In this document: positions 44,314 through 55,800 of the stretch, piece after piece
Layout of the letters: every line of letters begins with the position of its first letter
Numbering within the stretch: the stretch's first letter is position 1
Assembly (NCBI GenBank): GCA_964035575.1
Contig: OZ037839.1
Span: forward strand, 1,736,001 to 1,800,000
From: Rhynchopus sp. YZ270_cl-10
Taxonomy: Eukaryota
Reading direction: 5' to 3'
Length of the DNA: 64,000 nucleotides
Program-made: the position numbers and the translations under genes
The notes under the pieces: model-generated
Seen by the model: only the letters and a program-made list of their open reading frames with translations
Databases searched by the model: none
Told to the model about the DNA's origin: nothing

Positions 44314-45609
44314 AGGGCATTGTGTGTAGTGTTTGCTAGCTTTGGGGGGTGGGGAGGGTGGGGAAAGGAGTAAAAAACTATCAGTAACCTCACTCTTGGT
44401 TGATTTTTCCCTTTGTTACTTACCAAAAATAATAGCAAGGAACAAAAGATTGGGAATTGCTTTGTTGCCAGGGTAAGGGTTGCCAGTGTGTACCCCAGTA
44501 AGGTTCTTTTTTAAGGTGACTAAGCACGAGAGGCTTAGGATCACTTTTTATTTAGTCATATTTGGAAAGCCAAAGAGTAGAGCGCATCCTCGGGGGTGTC
44601 TGCACTATTACAAAAGCCAATTTTGCAAAGAAGAAAACACCGAAGCGATCGTCGAAGAAACGAGCAGAAAAAGAAAAAGAAATGCCGGACTGGAGAGTAC
44701 TGTGTATTACGGATATTATATGGGGGCCTGACAGAAGGTCACAGAAGGGTAGGGGGGGAAGGGGGAATGGGTGGCTTGAGGGCGGTCTTATTTGCAAGGC
44801 GCGTATTTGGAAAAAAAGTAGTTATTTTTTTCTGGGGGTAACTCCTCAGTGTGGGAGGGTCCTCTCCCTGCTCAGTGTGGGAGGGTCCTCTCCCTGCTCT
44901 CTTTGTATGTATTTTTTTTTTGTTCAAGGTGACTAAGCACGAGAGGCTTAGGATCATCTTATAAACTTTTCTTTTGTTCCCCTGTTTCTCAACAGTTGAG
45001 CTGTGTATCCCCCCCAACGGCTCAGGGAAAAATTCTCTTTTCCCTGATAAAAAAAATATGGGTAAATAGAGTTTTCCCACGAACGAATCTGTGGTCTTGC
45101 GTGAGCGGAGCTCAGATAAGCAGTACGTAGTTTTTCTTTGAGTGCCTTGCGTCCGCCGATGAACGGTGAGGCGTTTGCACTTGTCAACCCTCTCTTGCTT
45201 TTCTTTTCTGTTTTACTTTTTTGGTGTTCCGGAAACACCTGTCAAGGACATGTCAATATAGGCCCCCTCCGGAGCACCATTTTTACGGCGAAAACTCTGT
45301 CGTGTTTTGAGTCTTTTGCACTCATGTTGGGTAATCGGAAGCTTTCGTGCTATAAAATAGATTTGGGCAGTGTTATCTGCCTATCGAGGGCACATAGTTC
45401 AACCCTACACGGTGGTCTCTGCATTCCCCCCCCAGTGCCTGCGTCCCAGAGGCGTTTGTCACTATCAAAACTTCACCCCTTTCTTATAAGCGTAGCTTAA
45501 AGGAGAAATAGTCCCTCAGATACGGTTGCCAAATCCACCCCCTCCAATGGGGGGTAGTTGTGCAATCGAAAAAAAAAAAAACCTTTTTTTTTCCCCCTAT
45601 CAGATCATC

Positions 45610-46078
45610 CAGGGTATTAGGGTGAAAATCCAAAATCCCGGAAAAAACTGGTTTTTCTGGTTTTCTCTCCTGGGCGGCAAAAACTAGTGTTTCTGGCGAA
45701 AACCTCCACCGTTGACGGACACAGTCACCTTTTTCGGGTTTTTTGGGGGTGCGGTCAGTGTCTTATCCAGGTAAAAAATCAAGGAACAGCCATTTCCCAA
45801 ATGGCACTCCCGTGGTTCAACCACGGTTCTACCAGGCGGGGGGAAAATGCGGGGGAAAAAATCGAGTCCGCCCTAATCTGGGGACGACATTTACAGAAAG
45901 GCCTGGTGAAAAGTGTCGGTTTTTTTTTCCCCTCCAGATTTCTCTGTTTTTTTTTTTTTTTTGTATGAAAATACTTTTTTTGATAAATTGTTGGAGTAGT
46001 GTAGTTGCCTTTTTTGAAAACCAGTTTTTGGAAAAACTGGTTTTCAAAACCAGTTTTTTTAACCACCCTAATACCCTG
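45610..46078. mobile_element. hAT-like MITE
   Basis: Perfect 15-bp TIR CAGGGTATTAGGGTG; ATCAGATC on both sides, but the left copy is offset by 3 nt. Confidence 0.7.
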
Positions 46079-46154
46079 ATCAGATCTGATCAGAGTTACT
46101 ATTTTTTTTTGTGCTGTCCCAAACATCGTTCAGTCTCCTTTTGACCCATATAGA

Positions 46155-46172
46155 TGGCTTCGTAGCTACCTC

Positions 46173-46248
<76 letters not shown>
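46155..46248 (+). repeat. (CT)n microsatellite
   Basis: Read directly. Confidence 0.95.
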
Positions 46249-46251
<3 letters not shown>

Positions 46252-46800
46252 CCTTCCCATCTGTTCCCTAAAAATTTACTTAAGTCTTCAGAAATTCTGA
46301 ATCTGTTCTACTTCACTTCAACTAACGCTACGACGTTGGGATCTTTGTCCATTTTTCAAAAAAAGTAAAAAAAAAAAAAATGTTACCACCAAGCCGGGGG
46401 TGAATTCAGCGATTGTCGACGCAACTTAAAATGGTGATAAATTTAATGTTTGGGTTGGGGTGTACCACCCAGTCCTTAGGGGGAAAAAACTATGCAACCA
46501 CAAAAAACGAACGAAACATAACAGTTGGTGCGTTCTGCACATGGAGAGAACTTCAGTAACCGAGCCTCGTAGCCACCAATTTACTTTGTCATCATTCTAC
46601 GATTGTTTCCTTTTTATTTTTACCTATTGAGGAGGCCCCCCATGTAGGTTTTTTTTTGTAGGCTAGGGGCAGGGGCCGAAACTATTTTCTTTTTACTTTT
46701 CTTTTTTAGAAATTCTGCTTTTGATAATGGGAGCAGCACATTGGTAGTCGAAGCTTTGAAGAGAACGAAGGGTCTCAGTCGATGTTATTGCGAGGTTTGC

Positions 46801-47030
46801 CTATAAACGTTTTTAAAAATAGGCTGGAGCACCCCGGTCCGAAAAGGAATGCAGCCACCCCTGGCTTCAGGCTTGCGAACCCAGCGTTGATGTAACACAG
46901 GGTTTCACGGGCCAAAAAACCAGAAAGAAAAATGAAAAATTGAGGGTTCACAGACTGCGCCAACTGGCCTCATGCGACATTGAACCAATTTAAAATCAAA
47001 AATCTTGTATCAACTTGTAAAGAATTGCTG
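46801..47030 (+). mobile_element. Possible short retroposon-like insertion related to the 62072-62630 element
   Basis: First ~57 nt match the reverse complement of 62574-62630; flanked by TGCGAGGTTTGC at 46789-46800 and 47031-47042. Confidence 0.45.
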
Positions 47031-47859
47031 TGCGAGGTTTGCGTGACTGCTGTACCGACTTTGGTAGCAATAGCCCCAGTAAACGGGGGACTCACCCTTG
47101 CCAAGGTCGGCAGACGCACCCTCGTGCACACCCACTCCGAGAAACAGCATTCCCTCATGGAGTGTTCATCCAAAACAGTAGTGATTCGCAATGATTTGCT
47201 TGGGAAGAGGGTGTTCTGTGCACGACTTTCCTTTTAGTTGTTATTTTTTGAAAGCCTGCTTTCCCAAGTCGCGTACGGAAATACGCCGCCCAATAAGAAT
47301 TTCAGTGAGTGTGTTTGTGCTTTTTGAGATGTGCACAACAACAACAAAAAAAGGTACCTTCATAGTTCAAAGTGCTCTCCTTTTTAGTTTCTTTGTAGCA
47401 TCGACAGTTCTGTCACAAAAATTCGACAAAAAAGAGAAAGGGGTTTTCAAAAAATCTTGATGTTCGCGCTTTCCCCCCCCCCCACTTGGTGGCACAACCA
47501 AGGACCGGTTTCCTCATGTTCTCGCCACCCCCTCGGTGCGAGTTGCACCGCGCATGTGGTGCAAGCGTATCGAGTCCTCGTACCCAGTCAACCAGGGTGC
47601 TTTACAAGTTTTCCAAGTATGGTTACGTAACGCGTGTCTCCTTGACCCTCTGTCTCATGTTCCTTTTAGATCCACTCTTGGATCCTAGCCCTGGATTTGT
47701 GTTAGGTGTTCCTGGGGTTTTTTGCTCTAAGACCCCACACCCCCACCACCATACAGACACACGCCTCCAGAAGGCTTACACTTCTCGTTTCCTCAGCTTC
47801 CAACGCCCCTGAGGATCTCCCACCCACCACACCTCCACTCCCACCCGTTCGCCGCATGC

Positions 47860-50058
47860 ATGGTTTCATCTATAGCACGTTGCCGCAGTGCAGCGCAAGC
47901 AGCGCTGCGGGACTGCACAGCACGGTCACGAACGAAGCTGGCGTTGTGGAGCGACGCAGATGTGTGCCAGGCGTACGCTGATGTGGCGGTGCATAGACAC
48001 AGGGTGCCTGACGAGGACGTAACGACACTGCGCCGTGCGCACATGGCACTACCGCACCTGGTGAGCGAGGTTGCGTCGCGTGTACATCGCTTGGATGTTC
48101 CCTCCTGTGTGACGGCCCTCCGTGCAGCCACCGCCGACCCGGACACTGCAGGAGCGCTCCCCTCGGCAGTAGCGGAACGTCTCCTCTCGCCTGTTCTCTC
48201 CTCGCACTACAACCCTAAGAGTGTGGCCGTCGTGCTGCAGTGTGCCCTCAGAGGGGACAACCTGGTGCTCGCACAGCACGCAGTGCGCATCCTGCGTGAC
48301 GCAGACTTCTTCCAACCTGGGCGGCAGTTCCACGAGATCTGCGCTGCGATCGTTGCTGCCCTCGGGAAGATGCTGCGTCCCCTGCAGGAGCCGACCCTTC
48401 TGCTTGCGGAGGAGGTGCTGCAGGTCGCGGGGCGGGTCGTAGACAGCGTGCGTGGGAAGGTGCAGATGCATGAGGCGAGCCTCATGGTGTGTGGTGCTGC
48501 GGATATCGTGGGGGCAAAGGTGTTTGCGAAGGGCGGGGGTGTAGCTGTTGCTGGTGTGCATCGGCTCTGTTTGCCTGGGTGTGTGGAGGTTAAGTGGCGG
48601 GGAAATGACCCTGTGGACGTGGCACGTTACGTCAGTGCGTTGGCGCGTCTGCAGACGTACGACGCATCCGTGCTCGCAACAATACAGCTCTACGCTGCAA
48701 ACAAAGCGCGCTCCGGCGAGATGGGTCACTCAGAGCTGGCGCGCCTCGTGCACGGCTTCACCTCTCTCGACTGCCCGCCGCCTGCAGCGTTCATAAGCAT
48801 TGCACTGAAGAGGCAGAACATCGTGCAGTGCAACGCAACAGACCTTGCGATGCTTGTCTCTGCGCTGCGTGAGCTGCAGTACTCGAAAGCTACATTTCTA
48901 CAGGAGGTATGCCGGAAGCTGCTGCAGGAGTGCAGGGCGCTGTGCGCGCAGACGGAAGCGAAAGAGGCCACGATGGCGACAGCAGCTCCTGAGGAAACAG
49001 CGGCGACAGCAACTACAACGTCTGCTGTGACAGCAATAGACACGGAGGCAAGGAAGACCACGTTTTTCCGCTCGGAAGAGGATTTATTTGCGCTCGACAG
49101 CGACGAAGAGCCCAGCAAGGAGGAGAAGGCTGCCCCCTCCTCTGACACACCACCGCCACCACTACCACACACAACGCCTAGCCTTGCGCAGGGCAGCGAC
49201 ACACTGCACGCGGTAGTGGAGTCCTGCTATGCACAGATCACTGCGGCTCGGGAGCACAGCCTTGCTGTCGCACAGGACAACAGTGATGTGACGCTGACCT
49301 TCGTGCGCCCAGCACGGCCCGCACCACAGCCACCACGACCACCACCCTTCAACCGCGATGCCGCACGAACCGCAACACACCTGCCTGCACTGCTGCCAAA
49401 GATTCTGTGGGACCTCCACCAGGTGCTTGTGGATATGAGCCGCAGCAACGTCGTTGTCCCCGAGGCAAACACTGCGCTGTACACAGCACTACTGGACGCG
49501 GCCCTCCACGCCACGCACGGCTACACTAACGTGCACAGCGACACCGCACGCAAGCTTGCCAAAATATACGCGGACGTCCCCGACCTACAGCAGCACGCCA
49601 TGTACGCACAGTTCACAGAGCTGCTGGAGGGGCACTTCTACAGCATGTTGGCGGACTCTCCCTTGCCGCTCCCGGTGCTAGGCTTCTATGTGTCCCTGGA
49701 GAGACTGGGATGTGCGCCAGACGTGAGGCAGAGGCTGCACGAGGTGGTCGAGAGATACCTTGCAGAGAGTGAACCGGGGAGTGTAGACGTGACGCAGCTG
49801 GTGCGTGGTGCGCACAGTGCAGGTGTCGTCTCGCGGGGGCTGCTGGAGGCTGCGCTCCCGCACTTCGCGGCACCAGACCAGCTAGTGGAAGAGTGGCATG
49901 TGCCAACCGTGATGCGAGCATTCCACAGCATGTCCCTGCTCAGCCAATTGGAAGAAGTGGCAGGTAGCTCGAAGTGGCTTGCATCACCTACAGCCCAGGC
50001 ATGTCGACCCTTGTTAAGACAAGAGGATGCAAAACTGATGTTTTGTCGTAAGGCGTAG
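47860..50058 (+). CDS. Helical-repeat protein (FAST/RAP- or RESC-like repeats), possibly organellar RNA-binding
   Basis: 732-aa ORF; repeats DVARYVSALARL, ELARLVHGFTSL and DLAMLVSALREL; the frame stays open upstream, so the start is uncertain. Confidence 0.6.
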   Translation: MVSSIARCRSAAQAALRDCTARSRTKLALWSDADVCQAYADVAVHRHRVPDEDVTTLRRAHMALPHLVSEVASRVHRLDVPSCVTALRAATADPDTAGALPSAVAERLLSPVLSSHYNPKSVAVVLQCALRGDNLVLAQHAVRILRDADFFQPGRQFHEICAAIVAALGKMLRPLQEPTLLLAEEVLQVAGRVVDSVRGKVQMHEASLMVCGAADIVGAKVFAKGGGVAVAGVHRLCLPGCVEVKWRGNDPVDVARYVSALARLQTYDASVLATIQLYAANKARSGEMGHSELARLVHGFTSLDCPPPAAFISIALKRQNIVQCNATDLAMLVSALRELQYSKATFLQEVCRKLLQECRALCAQTEAKEATMATAAPEETAATATTTSAVTAIDTEARKTTFFRSEEDLFALDSDEEPSKEEKAAPSSDTPPPPLPHTTPSLAQGSDTLHAVVESCYAQITAAREHSLAVAQDNSDVTLTFVRPARPAPQPPRPPPFNRDAARTATHLPALLPKILWDLHQVLVDMSRSNVVVPEANTALYTALLDAALHATHGYTNVHSDTARKLAKIYADVPDLQQHAMYAQFTELLEGHFYSMLADSPLPLPVLGFYVSLERLGCAPDVRQRLHEVVERYLAESEPGSVDVTQLVRGAHSAGVVSRGLLEAALPHFAAPDQLVEEWHVPTVMRAFHSMSLLSQLEEVAGSSKWLASPTAQACRPLLRQEDAKLMFCRKA

Positions 50059-50386
50059 AGCATCTTCGTAGTTTTTTTTTTAAATTTCTAGGGTCAAGAA
50101 GATGGTGCTGTCTGTGTAACGTGACTAAGCATGCGTCTGATCAACTTCTATCGTTATTGAATACATTTGATGTCAAACAAACAACAAAAAAAGGCAAACT
50201 ATTCCCCCCCGTTTCCTATGATATCAGGTTTACCAAAGGGGGGTGAGTCCTCAGGGGGGGCTCAGTGGGGCATATCATATTTTGATTTTAATAGCCGTAA
50301 AATTATTTCCTCAAGCCAAAATCCTTCTAGGAGCGGAGTTTTAAGAATGCCATAATTGACGTCTGGAAATAATTGCAGTGGAGGTA

Positions 50387-50481
50387 TTTTAGCCGGGTTT
50401 CCCACACAAAAAATAATTACCGTGTAATTATAGGAAATAATTACACGGTAATTATTTTTTGTGTGGGAAACCCGGCTAAAA
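50387..50481. repeat. Perfect 45-bp-arm hairpin with 5-nt loop
   Basis: 50387-50431 is the exact reverse complement of 50437-50481; loop AGGAA. Confidence 0.92.
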
Positions 50482-50964
50482 AAAAAATCGCGATTTTTTT
50501 TCTTTTTTTCTTTTGTGAACACCCCGGGTTTGATACCTGTACCGCAGGCATTCCTCTGAGTCTAACGATTGATAATCAGAGCTCGGTTTGTTGTCAAAGA
50601 CATCTTCCACCATGCATTGAGGAGGGTAAGACAGTGGTCGCAGTTTGTACTTGATAGCATTACAACATTTAACTTCTCCACGGGGGTCTTGGGCCGTTCA
50701 CTCGGTTATACCTTGACCAGCGGAAGAGGCCTTTTTGGTCTCTAGAATATCCGGTATTCCCGAACGGAGGCACACTTTGTGTGTTACTACGACCTGGCAA
50801 CTTCCAGCAGTAGGTTAAGTAATGCTTTCTTGTAAATTGTTGGATCATTTATCTCCTCAGTGCATGAATGCCCCACGTGACTGGACACTTTTGTGTTTGT
50901 CAAGTGGCCTGTCTGGTCACTTCTCAGTGACTGGCGGGTTGGCTGTGGTTGCCCTGTCACGACT

Positions 50965-51074
50965 TACCTGTGTACCTGTGTACCTGTGTACCTGTGTACC
51001 TGTGTACCTGTGTACCTGTGTACCTGTGTACCTGTGTACCTGTGTACCTGTGTACCTGTGTACCTGTGTACCTG
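50965..51074 (+). repeat. (GTGTACCT)n array, ~13 units
   Basis: Reverse complement of the 24942 unit; follows a block homologous to 9035-9522. Confidence 0.92.
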
Positions 51075-51213
51075 GGTGACTGGGTACGTACCTGGGTAAA
51101 TGTGACCAGGTGACCTGGTCAGACCTCTGACCAGCGCACCGTGACAGCACAGGCTGCCGAAAACGGATTTTGGCTTTCGGAAATAATTTTACGGCAATTA
51201 AATATCAAATTCC

Positions 51214-51350
51214 ATGCAATTATTTCACAGAAAATTGCACTCGGAGGTGTATTTTTCACTCGTTTTGTTAATTGCACTCGCTGCGCTCGTGCAATTAACC
51301 ACTCGTGAAAAAAACACCTCCTCGTAGCAATTATGGTGAAATAATTGCAT
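51214..51350. repeat. 137-bp imperfect palindrome
   Basis: Nested arms ATGCAATTATTTCAC, GGAGGTGT.TTTTTCAC and GTTAATTGCAC around the centre TCGCTGCGCTC. Confidence 0.8.
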
Positions 51351-51399
51351 AGTAATTAAATACTATAATTCAGAGACAAAAAAAGTAAAAAATACAAAA

Positions 51400-52422
51400 A
51401 TGGAACTCGTCGTCAAAGGTTTTGCTGAAGAAGACTACGTGATTGAAGTGGGTGAGAAGGACACAACGGAGACGATGCGGAAGAAGGTGGCGTCTGCAAC
51501 AGGGTTGTGCGAAGACAGCTTCCGCATGGGCTTCGGAGGGAAGGAGGAAGGAGAGGACATCACAGAACTGAGTGCTGGAGACACAGTCGTGTTGACGAAG
51601 AAGTCGAAGAAGTACGAAGCCATTGCAGCGCTTCATGCGTTGGGTGAGACGGACTTTACAGAAGTGCGGTTGACGACTGTGAGAGATCCTGGGGTGGCTT
51701 CTCTGCTTCTTCAGGCGGAGGTTGCGACTGTTATTCCGAATGGGTTTTTGGTAGAAGTAAACACATTAACGACACTTGATCTTTCTGCTGCGTCAGGTGT
51801 GACGCACATCGGGAACGACTTTCTTCGCCATTCCACGAGATTAACAAAGGTCGACCTCTCTGGGCTGGGCAATGTACGGCGGATAGGGAACGGCTTCCTT
51901 TATTGGTGCCCAAAGTTGGACACAGTTGATCTTTCCGGATTCGGAAGTGTCGCACGGATTGGCAACTCATTCTTGTGCAGCTGCGCGAGGCTGACGAGGC
52001 TGGACCTTTCCGCATTGCGGGGGCTGACGCACATAGGGCACGGTTTTCTCATGATGTGCAGTCGGCTTGCTGTGCTGGTGTTGCCGAGGATGTGTGGAGA
52101 GGCGCACGTTGGTGCACTTTTCCTGAACAACTGCACAGCATTGACAGCTTTGAATGCATCAGGCTTGGCGAACGTCACGCAGATTGAGAGCAAATTCATC
52201 AACTGTGCAGCGCTGCGGACGCTGGATTTGTCCGGATTGGCAAACGTGACGCAGGTCGGGGCGGATTTTCTGTCCAACTGCGATGCGCTGACAGAACTAG
52301 ACCTGTCAGGGTCCAGCAGGGCGCTTTCGCAAGCAGTGCCGTTCCAACTGCGCATGAGATGCTCCTTTGCTCGGCACAGCTTCGGAAGAACGTTTCTGAA
52401 GATGGTAGGCCAAAAAGGCTGA
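51400..52422 (+). CDS. UBL-LRR protein copy 4 (divergent, shorter LRR array)
   Basis: 340-aa ORF; UBL core nearly identical to the other copies, LRRs distinct, no 48-bp tail. Confidence 0.85.
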   Translation: MELVVKGFAEEDYVIEVGEKDTTETMRKKVASATGLCEDSFRMGFGGKEEGEDITELSAGDTVVLTKKSKKYEAIAALHALGETDFTEVRLTTVRDPGVASLLLQAEVATVIPNGFLVEVNTLTTLDLSAASGVTHIGNDFLRHSTRLTKVDLSGLGNVRRIGNGFLYWCPKLDTVDLSGFGSVARIGNSFLCSCARLTRLDLSALRGLTHIGHGFLMMCSRLAVLVLPRMCGEAHVGALFLNNCTALTALNASGLANVTQIESKFINCAALRTLDLSGLANVTQVGADFLSNCDALTELDLSGSSRALSQAVPFQLRMRCSFARHSFGRTFLKMVGQKG

Positions 52423-52894
52423 ATCAAAGTGCAATTCAAGAGATCCAGAAAATCTGCTCTTTTGACCTTTTTTTTATGGGTTGCAATCGCCTTTTGGTAC
52501 ATATATTTTGCTCTGTTAATGCCGTTTGACTGCAGGGCCGGGCATGTTCGGAACTAGTCTGTGCACACCTGGTTCTGCTGTCTTTGTTGGAGGTGGGAGG
52601 TGTAGGTTTATCTATAAACTTGTCTTTTGTTTCGTGTGATTCCTTTGAACACTTTGCACGAGGCTTGGGCTCTGGCCAACTTTTGTCTTTGACTTTTAGC
52701 AGCACTATGTCATGTAGCGTCCCCTCTGGGATGCTGTGTTTTTTTTATCTTACTGCCTCTGGCCTTTGACTGCCGTCTCATGGTTCACCTATCATCTGGT
52801 CAGGACAAAACAAAGTGTCTGGGTCCCCTTGGACCTGCCAGGACGTGACCCACTCTACCCTCTACTCTTCTCCCACACAGATGAACCCTACACG

Positions 52895-55800
52895 ATGGAG
52901 GTGTACCTACGCTATGCGCTGACTGCAGAGGAGGTGGGTGTTGAGGTGGGTGAGTTTGATACCATCGGGCAGTTCCGTGAGAACGCTGCGCAGGAGTTTG
53001 GGTGTGACACGGAGCATGTGGAGCTGCATATGGACGGGGTCAGCATTGGCGACGATGAGGAGCTTGTGTCTGCTGCAACCTCCTTGACGCATGCGTCCGT
53101 TGTCGACGTTGTGGTCTCCATGGATGTCTTCGTGGAACACATCCGCAACGGAACACGATGCTACACAGACCTCCCAGACAGCGTGCAAAGAGACATCCCC
53201 TGTGCCCTCGCTGCCCTGCAGTCCAACAACAACAGAGCAGAGTTCCGAGACCTGCCCCCCGAAGTGCAAACCCACCCAACCATTGTTGAGCACCTCGCAT
53301 CCTCACCAGACATCTTCGAAACTGCGCACCCATCCGCATGGCACGACGAAGACTTCCGTTCGGCAGTGCTCACCGCAACGAATGGCTACTGTCTATCGTG
53401 GGATTGCTGTGAGGACCTCAGGTCGGATCGTGATACGGTGTTGGGGTGTGTGCAGCGCAACGGGGACATGCTTGAGTACGCGAGTAGCGAGCTGAAGAAG
53501 TGCCCGGTGATCGTGCTGGCCAGTGTGCAGTGCTGCGCCTCGGCCATCCAGTATGCTGCAGAGGAGGTGCGTGCGGACCAAGACATCTTCACTGCCGCAG
53601 TGGTAGGTGGTGTCGGGGAGCCCACATGGCTGCCAGAAGCACTTCGTGCAGACCGTGGGCTTGCCATGCGATGTGTGCGCATGCGGCCCAAGGCCCTTCA
53701 TGTCTTCTCTGACGAACTGAGAGGTGACCAATTCGTGGTGGCCGCAGCAGGATCGCTGGAGTATGCGTCTGAAGACCTGAAGAAGGACAAAGAGTTTGCC
53801 ATCTCGTGTGTGGGGAAAAACTATCAAAACCTTGAGCACGTGGATGAGTCCTTGCAGTCGGACAGAGACGTTGTGATGGCGGCGATAGCACACTACAAGG
53901 GTGCCTTCCGCTTCGCCTGCAACAGTATCCGCGACGATCCTGAGCTTGCTCTGCAGTGCAGTACTGAATGCACGTACGTTGCAGAGTATTACGGCGAGAC
54001 GCTGTGCCAGGACAAAGGTTTCATTATGTCTGCCATACGTGAAAATGCAGGAGTCTTTCGTAACTTGAAGGGTCAGTGGCGAGATGATGAGGATGTGGCG
54101 AAGTTGGCTATCGAGGCGTCGGCTGGCAACTTCCGTAGTTGCAGCGCTACATTGCGGGACAAACATGCGTTTGTGCTGTTCGCAGTGCAGAAGGGTGCAA
54201 ACCTGCGTTATGCTTCTGCCGCACTGCACAGCGACACAGAGCTGTGCCGTGCAGCAGCAGCAGCAGCGCCGCACAACGACCTTGAGTTTGCGCCACCGGC
54301 ACTGCGTGACGACTTCGAGTTTGTGAAGAAGGCTGTGTCGACGCAGGGCACTGACCTGCAGTACGCATCAGCCGCACTGCAGGATACTTATGACATTGTG
54401 TTGGCCGCTGTGCAGCACTCTAGCCAAGGGTTTTTGTACGCGAGCCCACGTTTGCGGAAATGCGAGACGCTTGCGAGAGAGGCGTTGGGGCATATGCATT
54501 GGCGTAACAGGGATGGTCGTTCTACGTACATGAGTTGTCTCGAGTTCCTGGGGACGTATCTGCTTGACGACAAGGCGTTTATTCTCTCTCTTGCGAAGCC
54601 GGCTGTGTTCCCGTACGTCTCGAAGCGGCTGCAGGCAGACCGCGACGTTGTTCTGAGCTGTGTGCACCATGAGGGGTCGTACCTTCACTACGCCTCTTCC
54701 GACCTGCGCGACGACAGGGCCGTGGTCGAGGCTGCTGTCACGTCCACAACACAAAACAACAGTGCCCTGACGTCCGCATCCATTCGGCTTCAGCGTGACC
54801 ACAGCCTTGTCCTCCTTGCGGTCACGCACTGCGGCCATTCCCTGCAGTATGCCTCCAGCGATCTGCAGAACAACATCGACATTGTGCGTGCTGCCGTGGC
54901 ACAGGAGTGGGACTCCCTCAAGTACGCAAACAAAACACTGCTCCACACGACGGACATTGTGCACAGTGTTCTTCCTGAACACCCGCGGGCACTTAAGTAT
55001 GCAAGCGCCGAGGTGCGGAATGATGTGTCTATTGTGGGACCTCTTGCCAAGAAGGATGTTCGGTGTCTGTCGTACGCTGGGCCTGCAGTGCTGTCCGACC
55101 GTGCGTTCATCTTGTCTGCAGTGCAGCAGAACCCAGTCGCCATGCAGTACGCATCGCAGGAGTTGCGTGACGACCCCGACATTGCCGCAGCCCTTATCGA
55201 GCACCCTGCGGGAGACCAGGTACCGCCCCTCAGCCCGGAGCTCCTTGGGAACAAGGACTTCATGATGAAGGCAATCGCGAAGCATCAAACCTGGTTCCTG
55301 AACGCAAGCGTGCGTCTGCAGAACGACCCTGGCTTCGTCTTCCTGGTTGTGAGGAAAGAAGAGCCGCACACAGTTGCATACATCATACGGCACGCAGGGG
55401 CTGGGGTCAGAGCAGACTACAACACGATGCTCGAGGTTGTGACGAAGTGCAGTGGATCCCTGGAGCATGCAAGTAGGGCATTGAGGAACAACCTTGACAT
55501 CGTGACGGCAGCAGTTCTCAAGGATCCACACAGCTTTGAGCATGCCAGTGCAGCACTGCGCAACTGCAAGCGTGTCGCGATGCTTGCAATGCGTGGGTGG
55601 GCTTATAACCTGAGGCACGCAAGTGAGACGCTGCAGAACGACCCAGAGGTTGTGCTGTGCTGCATTGCTCAGGATGAGGACACCATTCAGTATGCAGGGC
55701 CGAGCAAAGACAGCTACCGCTTTGCCGTGAAGGCTGTGCGCAAGCAGTGGTCTGTGTTCGAGAGTCTTTCACCAACTCTGCGGACAAACCCGAACTTCAT

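Noticed and set aside
46804..46862. Ribozyme in the shared 57-nt end
   Set aside because: Can form stems, but I could not fit HDV, hammerhead or twister consensus by eye
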